From the NCBI GenBank assembly GCA_010015585.1, contig ML975153.1: a stretch of 64,000 bases of DNA. One strand, given 5' to 3'. Source of the stretch: Eremomyces bilateralis CBS 781.70 (lineage: Eukaryota). The notes below the pieces were generated by a model. It did not search any database, was not told where the DNA came from, and saw nothing but the letters and a program-made list of their open reading frames with translations. The position numbers and the translations under genes are program-made. Of this stretch, positions 1 through 10,393 are shown piece after piece; position 1 is the first letter of the stretch, and the number at the start of each line of letters is the position of its first letter.

Positions 1-63
1 GAACTCCAAAAGACACTTTCCGTCATACAATTCAAGCGCCACAGCATCTCCGGATACGACCAT
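1..63 (-). CDS. possible 5' start of a gene running off the window edge (MVVSGDAVALELYDGKCLLEF...)
   Basis: ATG at 63 in an ACCATGG context and an open frame to the edge. Too short to assign. Confidence 0.25.
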   Translation of the reverse strand, partial: MVVSGDAVALELYDGKCLLEF

Positions 64-257
64 GGTCGAAGTTTGAAGAAGAGAGCACGACCGCGTGGTT
101 GGCGATACCAACCCGGTCTCTGCTGGTATTAGGAGCCATTTATTGGAACTAATGCAATCCTTCATCTGGCTGTCCCATTATAACTATTCTTCATTGCCCT
201 CTAGGCTCACATACGACCCACCCAACGAGCGAGGCATGCCGCAGTCTGACCTCCACC

Positions 258-1965
258 TCATTTACTCGGTGGATTCCCCGCCCGCACCAATACCCGAACG
301 TTATCCAAAAACCGCTTGACCAACGGCTCGAACGAGTTCTCCACCCCCTCCTGCGCCATCAACCCCTGCCGCCGCACCTCCTCCGCATCCACCTCCACCT
401 CCAACTCATGCGTGCACGACGGATCGCGCGGATCGCCCACCTGGGTGAGGTCGATCCTTACCCCCTGATGCTCGTAAGATAACCGGTCTTTCCGGCGTGG
501 CGGCTGGCCCCCGGGGTTCCCGTTCGCGCCCACGTGCATGGGGTCGCCACCGTCGACGAGGGTCTCGATGGGGCCGTCGTAGCGCATTTCGACGTTGACG
601 GAGATGCGGATGTCGAAGATTTGGCCGGGGCAGAATATGTCGAGGTCGGCGATGCGGGCTTTAACAATCTTGGCGGTGACCTGGTTGGTTTTGGTGTCCC
701 GGGTGACGCGGATTTTGGGAGCATGTTTGCGCATGGAGATGAGGTCGCGGGCGTAGGCGGGGAGCTGGTCCAGGGCGGCGGGACGGAGGGGGTGGAAGGT
801 GTCCACTTCGACTGAGTGGCGGTAGTGCACGGGGATCCGTGGGGGTTGTTGGGATAGCTGCGTTTCTCGGTTCAAGAAGCGGTTCATGTCCCGATGTTGG
901 AGCTAGATGAGGTTAGTATCTCGTACCACGCCGGTAGGGGAGATTCAATGGACATACCTTAGACATTGTGCTCTCGAATCTTGTCGAAACACCGGGGACG
1001 AGGATAGTCTCCGACTGGACCGGCAATGCTATGCGGCCCCCATCGTCCCGCGAGACCAGCGTCCCGATCTTCGCTTCGATCTCGAAGACGGCTCTCGGAC
1101 CTCCCGCCGACGGGTGTCCCAGATCCGGTCCGGCAACGACCGTATCGAACAGGAAGTCGGCGATCTTGCGGTCGAACTCGTTATAGGGCTCGAAATTCGT
1201 GACGGTGGGTTCGGGGAGGCCGGGCTTCGCGTCGCGCAAGGGCGGTGGATGGCCGTTGGGGGGCGGCGCGGCGGGGGGAGCCGGGGATCGATCGACGCTG
1301 ATCTTCTCGTGCTTCATGCGTGGTGTATGGGAGAGCCGGGCACGCGTTTGACGGGCGTGGATGATCTCTTCGACAATTCGCTCAACATCGGCTTTCAGGT
1401 TGTCCCAGTCGGCGCGTTGCGCCCATCGTGGAGGTTCGTGGCGGACGCGCTTGCGCTGCGATGATTCAGTTTCCAGGTTGTCGACGGTGCTAATGCTTCT
1501 CTTTCGGGAGGAGGGCTGGGGGGAGCTGGTGATGATGGAGGAGGGGTGTTCAGAATGGAGCTGTTCAGGTGGAAGGCCAGATGGCGCGCTGGAGACGCGA
1601 TGGGGACCGTCCAGTGGTTGGTCTAAGGATGAGACGGGGGTGGGGTTTTGAACAGGTTCAGGGTCGGAATAGATGGTAGACGGGATGTTGAGGTTGGTGA
1701 TTCGGGTCTTGGGACTGACGCTGACGCTCTGGTCTCGTGGGAAGGGGTTCGCTGTGGCGGGATGGGGCGTGTACGGTGGCTGCGGAGGGGAGAAGTTGGG
1801 GAAGGTCGGTAGCGAGGCCTGTCGAGTCGGGTACATCTGAGGAGGTAATGGACGCGAGGTGGATGATGGAGAGGAATGCGGAGTGGAGTGCAGTTGGGCG
1901 GGAATGGTGTTGGCTCGCGCTGCGGCGGCGGCGGCGTCGGTGTTGAGAATGGATCGTAGGTCCAT
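258..1965 (-). CDS. CET1: mRNA-capping RNA 5'-triphosphatase (CYTH / triphosphate tunnel family), 2 exons
   Basis: Motifs FEIEAKIG, PPRWA, RRKDRLSY, IDLTQV and HELEVE. Intron 903-957 (GTATGT...TACTAAC...TAG) joins ORFs 913-1965 and 258-887 in frame. Confidence 0.93.
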
Positions 1966-2585
1966 GTTGATCTAAGCGATGGTGATGGTATGGGCTAGCA
2001 GGCTTGTATGGCGCATTAGGTCGGGTAAAGCAAGGCGAGGGTGGAAGAGCGAGTAGGACGAAGCGAGGGTTGGTGGAAGGTGATCTGTTGGTATTCAGCA
2101 TCCATGAAGGGGCCTGAGAATTATTGTCGGATGCGGACATGCGCTGCTGACTCAGCCAGGCCTGATACAGTGAATGAGAGTTAGGAGACAGGTATCAAAA
2201 AGGATGTCCATCAAGGCGTAGTATATTGTCAGAGTGGCTGGTACATTCATTTATACAGCGAATACTCTTGAGCAGTATCCGTACCCTAGGGTTAATATTT
2301 GCTACGGAGTTGTTTGATGTTTACGCCTTGCGGAGAGTTGACGCTTGACAGTTGATAGCTAAGGATGCACGTGATCTAATCAAAATATTTATACCCTAAT
2401 TAGGCAAGAAGGCAGAAACAGAAACGAGCTTACAGTTCGCCCCACTCTCAGATGAACTTTCGGATGAGAGTCGCCAGCCGGCCATATGTTTTTCCGAAAG
2501 ACAGAGACCATCCACTCTCAGGTGACAATGCCCACTCTCAGATGAACTTTCCTTTTCACACTACCTTGTACCAATGTTTATCAAG

Positions 2586-2690
2586 ATGTCGTTGAGCAAG
2601 AATGTAAGTTATTCGGAAAATGTTTAGAATATATTCCTAATTAATCCAGCCTATCTACCAATCGTATTGTGCTCTGCCGTCGCGACCTTT
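2586..2690 (+). pseudogene. 5' stub of a second, convergent gene of the MULE element (MSLSKN|PIYQSYCALPSR...)
   Basis: ATG 2586; intron 2604-2649 (GTAAGT...CTAAT...CCAG) in the same 11-bp periodic style as the transposase introns; then runs into a foreign transposase remnant. Confidence 0.45.
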
Positions 2691-2699
2691 GGGCACGGA

Positions 2700-3383
2700 G
2701 CCTTGGGGGCAAGATGTAGCGGGGCACGACCGATGCAGATAATGGCTGCCATTCAAAAGGAGGATCCGAACACGCCAGTCTCAACCACCGATATTCGCAG
2801 CGAGAGGAAGGCAATTAGAGAGAAGCACTTGAATAGGAGGAGTCTGAGGAGTCCGATTAAGACATCACTAGATGACGTGTCTACGTTGACCCCTGTACCT
2901 GCCCCTATATCTTCCCCTACCCTATCTCATTTATCTTCCCCTATCTCTGTTGCTGTATCTGCCAATATGTCTCGATCCCCTCTATAGCCTGCCTGGCAAC
3001 CTCCGTCGTTGGAAGAGTTCTTTGCTGATATCGAGCGTCGACGGCTTCAGCCTACTCTGCATCACTGTAGTGACTTAAATACAGTGACCAAATTTTTGGC
3101 AGAGACAGGGCAGGAAAAGGACCCGATAGAACTGGTTGAAGCACGGAATATGGCTCTCGCTACAAGCGGAGTATATGCTCCATGTACTCCAACAATGGCA
3201 TGGAATTATAACTTTGGAGATATACAGGCTTTCTACGCTGAGAGATTCGCACAAGTTGATGCTCAAACTACTCCTTTTGAGTATCGGGATGTACCGAGAG
3301 AGCGCCCTAAGCGCGCTGCAGCAGAGAGGGCTTCAAATGCTTGGAAAGAACTCGGTCCGTGCAAGAGGCAGCGACGTCAGTAG
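2700..3383 (+). pseudogene. internally deleted remnant of a second, intronless (Hop-like) fungal MULE transposase
   Basis: ARPMQIMAAIQKEDP...DIRSERKAIREKHLN...SPIKTSLDD resembles the pre-catalytic region of fungal MULE transposases (recognised from memory). It is joined via a Pro/Ser tract to a C-terminal ORF (3009-3383). No DDE core is present. Confidence 0.5.
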
Positions 3384-3540
3384 AAAGAAGAGAGGCTTAA
3401 TAATAGAGTAGCCAATATGAGTCATTTAAGAGGAGCAGACGGAAGCCTCCCGCCGAACACACGTTAATTATGCTCCAGCTTTTGATTTGAACCTCGTACC
3501 AAAATTGATATAATTTATTCTATACTAAATAGTACAGGTA

Positions 3541-3607
3541 GGAAAAACCCATTTGGTGGGAAAAACCCATTTAGTGGGAAAATCTCATTTGGTGGGAAAA
3601 TCTCACC
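3541..3607. repeat. 18-bp tandem repeat, ~3.5 copies (GGAAAAACCCATTTGGTG variants)
   Basis: Read directly from the sequence. Confidence 0.9.
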
Positions 3608-3654
3608 TACATAATTGCCCTGGTTAAATACATTTCTAATACATTAGAAAAGCA

Positions 3655-6600
3655 TTACTCTAGTCCCCGACTTAGACTCTGGTTTTCTAACTCTCTTCTA
3701 TCATTCTCAAGTCGCTTTTGCCGTAGTTCTTCCCTCATCAACTCAATTCTTAATTGCTTTTCCGTCTGATCTAGCTCCATATCTTGCCGTTCTTGGCTTT
3801 GGTTAAGTATGTTCTCGGAGGCCATACGGCAGAGAGCGAGTGATGTATCTCTAAAATGGTAATAGATTAGATACGTATTTCCAATAAATTCTAAATTCAT
3901 TACCTCTGCGCCGATCCCCTTCGTCTTGTAGAAGAGCTGCGTGAGCTCGAAGATCTTGAAACGCGTCTTCTTTGGGGCTCTGGTGGGAGTAGCTCGGTAT
4001 CTACCGAGCCATCGTTATCATCTTCTGACTCTCGCCTCCTTGAACCTATAGAATTTCGAATACGTTAGAAATGTATTAGAATATTTCGGAAAATTTGGTT
4101 CGTACGATCTCTTCTAATAGCCTCTGCGAACCTCTCCGATAGCGACGTATTCCGCCATGAAAGCGAGATTCCATAGCCTGCCCGGCTGTTATATCTATCA
4201 ACATCATACTTATCAAGGATCTGGCTTCTATAGGGTCGTTAATATATTTCTAAAATGTTAAGAATAACTTACGAATGAATTGCTCGAAGTAGAGGGAGTT
4301 GTCGGCCAAAAGAGTTACTCTTAAAGCGTGTTTGCTCAGTAGCATTAGTGTGATTCCGAGTCCTTTCCCAGACCTCACTAGCAATCATTGAGCAATGTTT
4401 ATTAAGGCCACACGCAATTGAAGGCTGCATCTTATGCCGAGTCCACTCCTTCACACTCTCAGAGGAACTAGAGGATGCTAGACAAGTAGTAATATATTAG
4501 TAATATATTACAAATGCATTCGGTATAGATTCCATGGAGAGACGTACTGATAAGCTCATTGCAGAGCTGAAAGTAGTCCGCCTGTGATTCGCAGCGTACT
4601 AATTCCCCCATGCGTGCATGGATAGAGTTAGTATTATGGCCTGAAGTGCCTGCTGCACGATCAATGGATCGCTTGAAATGTATATAACAGAGCATGACGG
4701 TATTTCGAGCCTGCCACTCCCATGGACGATGTGAGCCATCAATTTGAGATAGATATTGGCCCCATCCTAAAACATTAATACCGCGTTTCTAATTCATTTA
4801 GAATACCTTACCTTGAAGCTGGCCTCTGTCCATATCGGTCACAATGCAGGCAAACCCAGTACCATGTAAGTGCTTCCAGCGAATTTCACGCTCGAGTTTA
4901 GAAGATAGAAGCCCAAATAGGGCTTCAAAGGCTTTCGTGTAAGCGGTAGAGCTCTGTGCATTGATGAACACTCGGGCAAATGTAAAAACTTATGAATGTA
5001 TTAGTAATACATTTATAAAAGGATTAGCGACTTGACTTACTCTTTTCGTTCTCTGGGAGGTAGGCCGCAAAGACGATCTCGTTGATGTCTTTATCTCGCA
5101 CACGTTTGAAGCCCATATCAATCTCAAAGGATTCCCGATCTAGTATTATCTTTACTTGTTCTTTGAAGAAACAAGTAACCAGAAGGTTAATACCATCGAA
5201 GTAATACCCTTGGATATACTGGAGATATGTTAGTAATGCATTTGCAATGCATTGTAAAATAATTACCTGATTCGGTTTCCCCGATTGGATCTTGTACTCG
5301 TTTTCAACAGCGGCAATTGACTGGCCAAAAGGATAGGAGAGAAGCCTCTGTTTCTTTATAAGAGCACTAATCTTATCAAGATTACTGAAGCTTTGGTGGA
5401 CATCAGCAAGAGATGTTCCTTGATGCTGTGTACAAAAACGCTGCATTTCTGGATGCCGAAGGAGACCAGCTAGAGAGGTAGAGATACATTAGAAATGTAT
5501 TTTAAATGTATTTATAATATGTTCTTACCAGTGGTAATGCTAGGATCACTAATCCTTTGAATGACTTTTACGATCTCATCGCAGTATTGCTGGGGCGTCT
5601 TCGTTGGTGGAGGTGGAGGATGTCGATGGGTGCCATGTGATAACCATATGAAGTAAGGTGTCTCGTCCATTTCAATTGAGAGATACACCGTAAATTGTAC
5701 GGTACAAGGGAGTACAACGATATCTCCCTGTCCCTGGGGATGATCAACACCTAAACTGATTTAGAATATATTATAAACATATTAGTAATGACTTACCGCA
5801 GCGTTTGGCCCTGCTATTCATCTGTTTGAGTACAGCACATGGCTCGACGACAGTGTCATGTTCTGTAGTGTTGAAGAGGGCCTTGATTTCAGTAATTCGA
5901 GGATAAAGATATCCTGGAATAGATCGGAAGAAATGTTGTGAGCCATATGTATGACGCTCACATCGGATGTAGAAGTTTGGGACGCCCGAGATAGTCTATT
6001 ATATGTTATAAATGTATTCGAAATATAGTAGAAATCAGTAAACCAAACTTACCACTTGTGAACTTTGGTAAACCTCTGGAATACAGTTCTCGTCTTGAAT
6101 GTCTTTACAAGCAGATCCCTTGCGAAAGGCTTCTATGATAGGCAGGTAAAAGCTAATACCAGTTAACGCTATATCCACTAAATGCATTTATAATTGTATT
6201 TCAAACCTATTCGCTTGCTGGGTAAGGCTCGACTGCTGATATGCATTGCGAGAATTACGTATTTTCTCCCAGTCATCTTCTTCGAAGCACGTATGCTTCA
6301 GATCGATGATATCCTGAGCGAGATATTGACACGCCTTGACGCCCGTACATCGTGCTGACATACGATAGCACCGTGCATTATCTAATATCTTCACCACTGA
6401 GGTATGCTTCGACCATTTAAGGGCAGATGAGTATTGTACCTATAATAGATTAGAAATGATTTAAGAATATATCCCTAATATATTACCAAGTCTTTATGTC
6501 GCTTTCGATCCTCGGCTGGAATGCCTTGAAGGTTGACAACATAGGCAATTCCTTTTTCTGATGTTTGAGGATAATCAGGGATCGAAGGAACATAAATGAT

Positions 6601-6829
6601 ACGCTCAACCTCAACATTGCCATGCGATGATTTAGATATAATCCATGGTTCATCAGCAGGAAGTATATCAGACTAATACATTAGTAATGTATTTGTAATG
6701 AATTATTTAGTTGAATCTCACATTGTCCTGCTGGACATTTTCGGATATTTCAGGATAGGTTTCTAGCTCATCCTCCTCAAAAGGAGTAGACCATGGCACA
6801 GAAAAACCAATGCCAGGAAACTGGGCCAT
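3655..6829 (-). CDS. MULE-like DDE transposase, 14 exons, ~829 aa, no stops after splicing
   Basis: Introns 6673-6721, 6440-6486, 6153-6206, 5996-6052, 5751-5796, 5470-5528, 5219-5266, 4989-5040, 4767-4811, 4478-4547, 4228-4272, 4046-4105 and 3851-3903 (all GT-AG) give a 2490-nt frame. Motifs: C...GTHRHPPP (WRKY/GCM-like Zn finger), FEIDMGFKR (D), IVTDMD (D), CYIHF (CxxH), TNATEQ (E), C-terminal coiled coil. Confidence 0.85.
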
Positions 6830-7057
6830 AATAAATGTATTCCTAATGCATTATGCATACAATTTGGATGGATTGGTATTGGTAAGAAAATGGGGTGTTG
6901 ATCTGGAAGAGTTCATCTGAGAATGAGAAGTAGTTTGGCTCGGGCGGGTCATGTGATGTGTTTCTATGGACCGTGCACTCTCAGTCTCAGATGAAATGAT
7001 GAATTGATGAAAGCTCAATAGCTCATCTGAGAGTGGGCCGACCTGCAGCCTCGAAAC

Positions 7058-9826
7058 CAGGGTGGAGACTTGAGCGAGTTTGAGCGAACTCAAGTCTTAC
7101 GTAATCGAGTCGCCCGACTCTACTCACACTCGTCTAAGAACCTTGGCGAGCGTGCCTGTACCGTGGTTGCGCCAACCAAATAAAGTTCCAACTTTCCTTC
7201 CTGCTTATGTATAAACAGAGATTTCGTGGTGGTGAAGATGGTGAAGAGGATGATAATCTATATTACACTACTTATCTACATAGCCTCCGTAGACGCCTGA
7301 TGATAGATAATCCTCTCGAGCTCCATATCACTGATAATACCTTGATTAAACCAATTCTGTAGGCAAATCAGTCTGTTCAACGTTTTTCCCTCCATCCGTG
7401 GCCTTTCGGTATCAAGAAGTCTCCCACAAGCTGACCAAATCCGCTCCATATCAGCGGCGGAGGAAGGAGTCGCGAAGAGGTCCAGAGCGATCTGGTATAG
7501 AGCGGGAAACCGCGTGCGATTAGCTACCCACCACGTAATAGGCGTATCAGTCTCCTCAGGGGCCTCTCGGAGATAGTAGGAGACCTCATCGGGCGTGGAG
7601 ATATTACGTGGTTCAAAACGAGGCGCGAGGGCTGCCTGGAAGGCCTTGTAGACCCTTTGGCGATCACTAGGGATGGTCTCCTGCGAGGCCTCCTGTGCAT
7701 TCTCTGCACCCGAATCATTATCCTGTATCTTGGATACATTCTCGCGGAGTTTGCGTAGGAGCTCGGCAGTCTTGTGGCTACTAGCTTCGGAGTCGTCCAA
7801 CCACGCCTTCTTGTATTTTGGGTGGAGGAGAAGGGCGAGTCTGTACGCAGGAATATCCTCCATCTTAGACCGGTATTCCTTCGCCTTAACCAGGGCCGCT
7901 TGTATGGCCCTTACGAGCTCCTGGAGCTCCTGATTCTGTGAAAGATCCGCGAGGAAACCCTCCAGGGCCCGGATAATCATAAGAAGCGATGGATACGCCT
8001 CCCAAAGAGCCCCTTTAGCACCATGGTCCGCATTCCCTTCCAGGATCCAGGTCGCATGCTTCATCGGTTCGTACAACTCGATAAGTTTCTCAAGGATACG
8101 CCAATCGTCGACGGTAAGGCCCTGAAGGTGCTGATACCGCTCGCAGTACTGATCAATAGCGACACGCAGCTTGATGGCTCGCTGGACCGAATCGTACCGC
8201 GAGTTCCACCGTGTGGCGTTCTCACGTACGATTCTAAGGGGCCGATCGGTCTTAATGGACTTTTCGTTGCCCGTCATATCCTCAATAATATCAGTCTGTA
8301 TCGTAAAGAACTCTTTCTCCTGTTTAGGACTCTTTTTGATATGACCAATGATAGCTTTAAGCTTGGTAATGGGCTCTATGTCGGTATTGGTAGGAAACCC
8401 AGAATCCAAATCCGTGTAGCCTTCAGCCCGCCTAGGTCGTATAGTATCAAGCCCATTGTCATTGCTGGCTTCGATATTAGACGAATGGTCCCTGGAAAGC
8501 TGTTGGCAAACTAAATTCACGATGTGGGTACTACAGCGTAAACGCCTTCCCGATAAAGTGAGATTTAGGAGCTTCCCAAGCTCTTTAACCGCGGTAGAGT
8601 TGTTTTCCGCGTTATCAGACATTAGGAACGCAATCCTTGCCTGTATCTCAAACGTTTGGATAGCCTTGGTAAGGAGCTGTGCGATATTGTCGCCGGTATG
8701 AGCACCTTCGATCTCCTCTAGCCGTAAGAGGATATTTTGTTGACGCGGTATTCCTTCCCCGGAGATGAAATGCGCCTCGATCCCAAGGAAAGGAAGGTCG
8801 TTCGTAGAGGTCCAGATGTCATAAGACAGTGAAACATTGCTAAGACTCCGCGAGATCTTATGAGAAACGAGACGACGACATTCCTTGTATGCGAGATCAA
8901 TTTTCTTGCGCACAGACTTATGGTTGCGTACTCCCATCTCAATCTCTCCACCACTTAAAGACTCCATCAGCGCGTTGAAGCTGTTTGACGAAGCCTGACG
9001 AAAAGGCACTCCATCAACCACTAGCCATTTCAAATAGGCTGTGTGGGCGTTGAGGAGGGTCCTCTGACGGTATCCTGTAAAATCCTCCCACGATTCTGGA
9101 TGTCCTGGAGGGATAACCTTCGATCCATGCCTGAGAAAACCGTGATCGTTTATGAGATGTCGACGGGCATTGGAAGTAGCTGATATCGAATACATCTTGA
9201 TATCGTTGATCGATTTCGCTTGAAACCAGCATTTACGACAGACCCAGTACGGTATCTCTTCCTCTGTATCGCCCATTTTCCGTACTGTAAACCCCCAGTA
9301 CCATATGGAGCTTGTCCGGTGTTTCTTCCGCATTGCTTGACGCGTTGGAGGAACGTCAACCGCATATAGACCGTATTTGTCGAGCTGAGGTCGCAGGGGG
9401 ACAAACTCTAGCAGTCGGTCTGTTTCCGTGGTATATGGGGTCTCAGACGACGAGGTCGAGGAGTACGAGTCTGTATACGATGCCATATTGATGTTTTCCA
9501 TGATCGGAATCTCGTTTTCTTGAAATCTCACGGACTTTTGGTGAAACCGGACCAAGACACAGACTTGAATTTCGGTTTTGAGCTACTGTACATTTGTAAC
9601 ATGAGCAATGAACATCGAATTTCGACATGAAGCCGTCATTGCTATGTAATTCATATGGTTTTATAGCCATAACGAGCAAATCTGGGGTCCAAGTCCAGCA
9701 AGATTGGTAGACTAGTATGGAAGAGGATTAGCGGGAGACTCGCTACGAATCTTGAGCGAGCATCGAGCGAGTCCTTGGCGAGCGAGTGCAAATGAAGCGA
9801 GTGGCTCGACTCAAGTCTCCAGCCTG
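7058..9826 (-). mobile_element. full-length hAT transposon (2769 bp)
   Basis: 17-bp TIRs CAGGGTGGAGACTTGAG (7058-7074) / CAGGCTGGAGACTTGAG (rc of 9810-9826), 1 mismatch. Perfect 8-bp TSD CTCGAAAC at 7050-7057 and 9827-9834. Subterminal GAGCGAG repeats at both ends. Confidence 0.96.
7276..9501 (-). CDS. hAT transposase (BED finger, DDE, hATC dimerisation domain); frame open to 9555, first ATG 9501
   Basis: IWYWG...WVCRKC...NARRHLINDH (BED), SLSYDIWTS (D), MSDNAENN (D), RLRCSTHIVNL (CxxH), TRWNS, PITWW...RFPALYQIALDLFATPSSAADMERIWS (E). Confidence 0.94.
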   Translation of the reverse strand: MENINMASYTDSYSSTSSSETPYTTETDRLLEFVPLRPQLDKYGLYAVDVPPTRQAMRKKHRTSSIWYWGFTVRKMGDTEEEIPYWVCRKCWFQAKSINDIKMYSISATSNARRHLINDHGFLRHGSKVIPPGHPESWEDFTGYRQRTLLNAHTAYLKWLVVDGVPFRQASSNSFNALMESLSGGEIEMGVRNHKSVRKKIDLAYKECRRLVSHKISRSLSNVSLSYDIWTSTNDLPFLGIEAHFISGEGIPRQQNILLRLEEIEGAHTGDNIAQLLTKAIQTFEIQARIAFLMSDNAENNSTAVKELGKLLNLTLSGRRLRCSTHIVNLVCQQLSRDHSSNIEASNDNGLDTIRPRRAEGYTDLDSGFPTNTDIEPITKLKAIIGHIKKSPKQEKEFFTIQTDIIEDMTGNEKSIKTDRPLRIVRENATRWNSRYDSVQRAIKLRVAIDQYCERYQHLQGLTVDDWRILEKLIELYEPMKHATWILEGNADHGAKGALWEAYPSLLMIIRALEGFLADLSQNQELQELVRAIQAALVKAKEYRSKMEDIPAYRLALLLHPKYKKAWLDDSEASSHKTAELLRKLRENVSKIQDNDSGAENAQEASQETIPSDRQRVYKAFQAALAPRFEPRNISTPDEVSYYLREAPEETDTPITWWVANRTRFPALYQIALDLFATPSSAADMERIWSACGRLLDTERPRMEGKTLNRLICLQNWFNQGIISDMELERIIYHQASTEAM

Positions 9827-10393
9827 CTCGAAACAGTATGATATGCAAATCACATGATATTTTAGTGTGCACGTGATTGATCTGATGATTGCACAATTGG
9901 TGCCTCAGTCCACAAGGCATCCACCGGCGAAGTCGCCAGAACAACGCAACAGCTTCTGCCTCTTGGGGTTCTCTGCATTCTGAGCCTCTGAGCTGTTCCT
10001 TTGACATTCACTTTATCAAATACCTGTCCCGGTATCTAATCCATTTAGTCAACTCATCTTCCAATCCCTCCTTTCGATCCTCTTCCATCATCCGTGCTTG
10101 CCGCATTCCTTTCAACCCATCATCCCAACTCCGCTTGTGCTTCTCCTTCCTCCCTTTCGCCTTGGCTGCTAGCTAAACGCGCTCATCCGTCACCCATCCG
10201 CGTCAGACGTTTGCCTCCCCCGATCCCCAACTCCGAATACCTCTGCTCCTGCTGCATCCAGCTCCGTCGACATCCAGATCCGTCCGCCATCTGCGCCCGA
10301 TCTTTCGAAAGTCCACGGACTCGTTTCCGACCGTTGTCTCGACTCCCGAACACCCCATCCATATTCCCCCTTCGAGGTGGTTGCGTTGCCGGC

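Larger units (their letters stand above)
2426..7052 (-). mobile_element. Mutator-like (MULE) DNA transposon, apparently autonomous, imperfect ~32-bp TIRs
   Basis: Left end GAGCTTACAGTTCGCCCCACTCTCAGATGAAC (2426-2457) vs reverse complement of right end GAGGCTGCAGGTCGGCCCACTCTCAGATGAGC (7021-7052), 26/32 identical. Subterminal CTCTCAGATGAAC copies at 2533 and 6911. GAAAC lies on both flanks. Contains the transposase gene. Confidence 0.8.

Noticed and set aside
3541..3607. CRISPR-like or telomeric array
   Set aside because: No unique spacers, eukaryotic context, and no TTAGGG-type unit.
3851..6721. Introner-like elements as the explanation of the similar introns
   Set aside because: The introns are not alignable end to end and show no shared TIR or TSD; only the periodic unit is shared. 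It remains a remote possibility.
2431..7046. Tc1/mariner reading of the ends (TA|CAG...CTG|CA)
   Set aside because: Similarity to the miniature copy extends past CAG/CTG on both sides, and the protein has MULE-type CxxH rather than DD34E/D spacing.
9835..10393. Rpn4/PACE site upstream of RPN2
   Set aside because: No GGTGGCAAA match seen on either strand.
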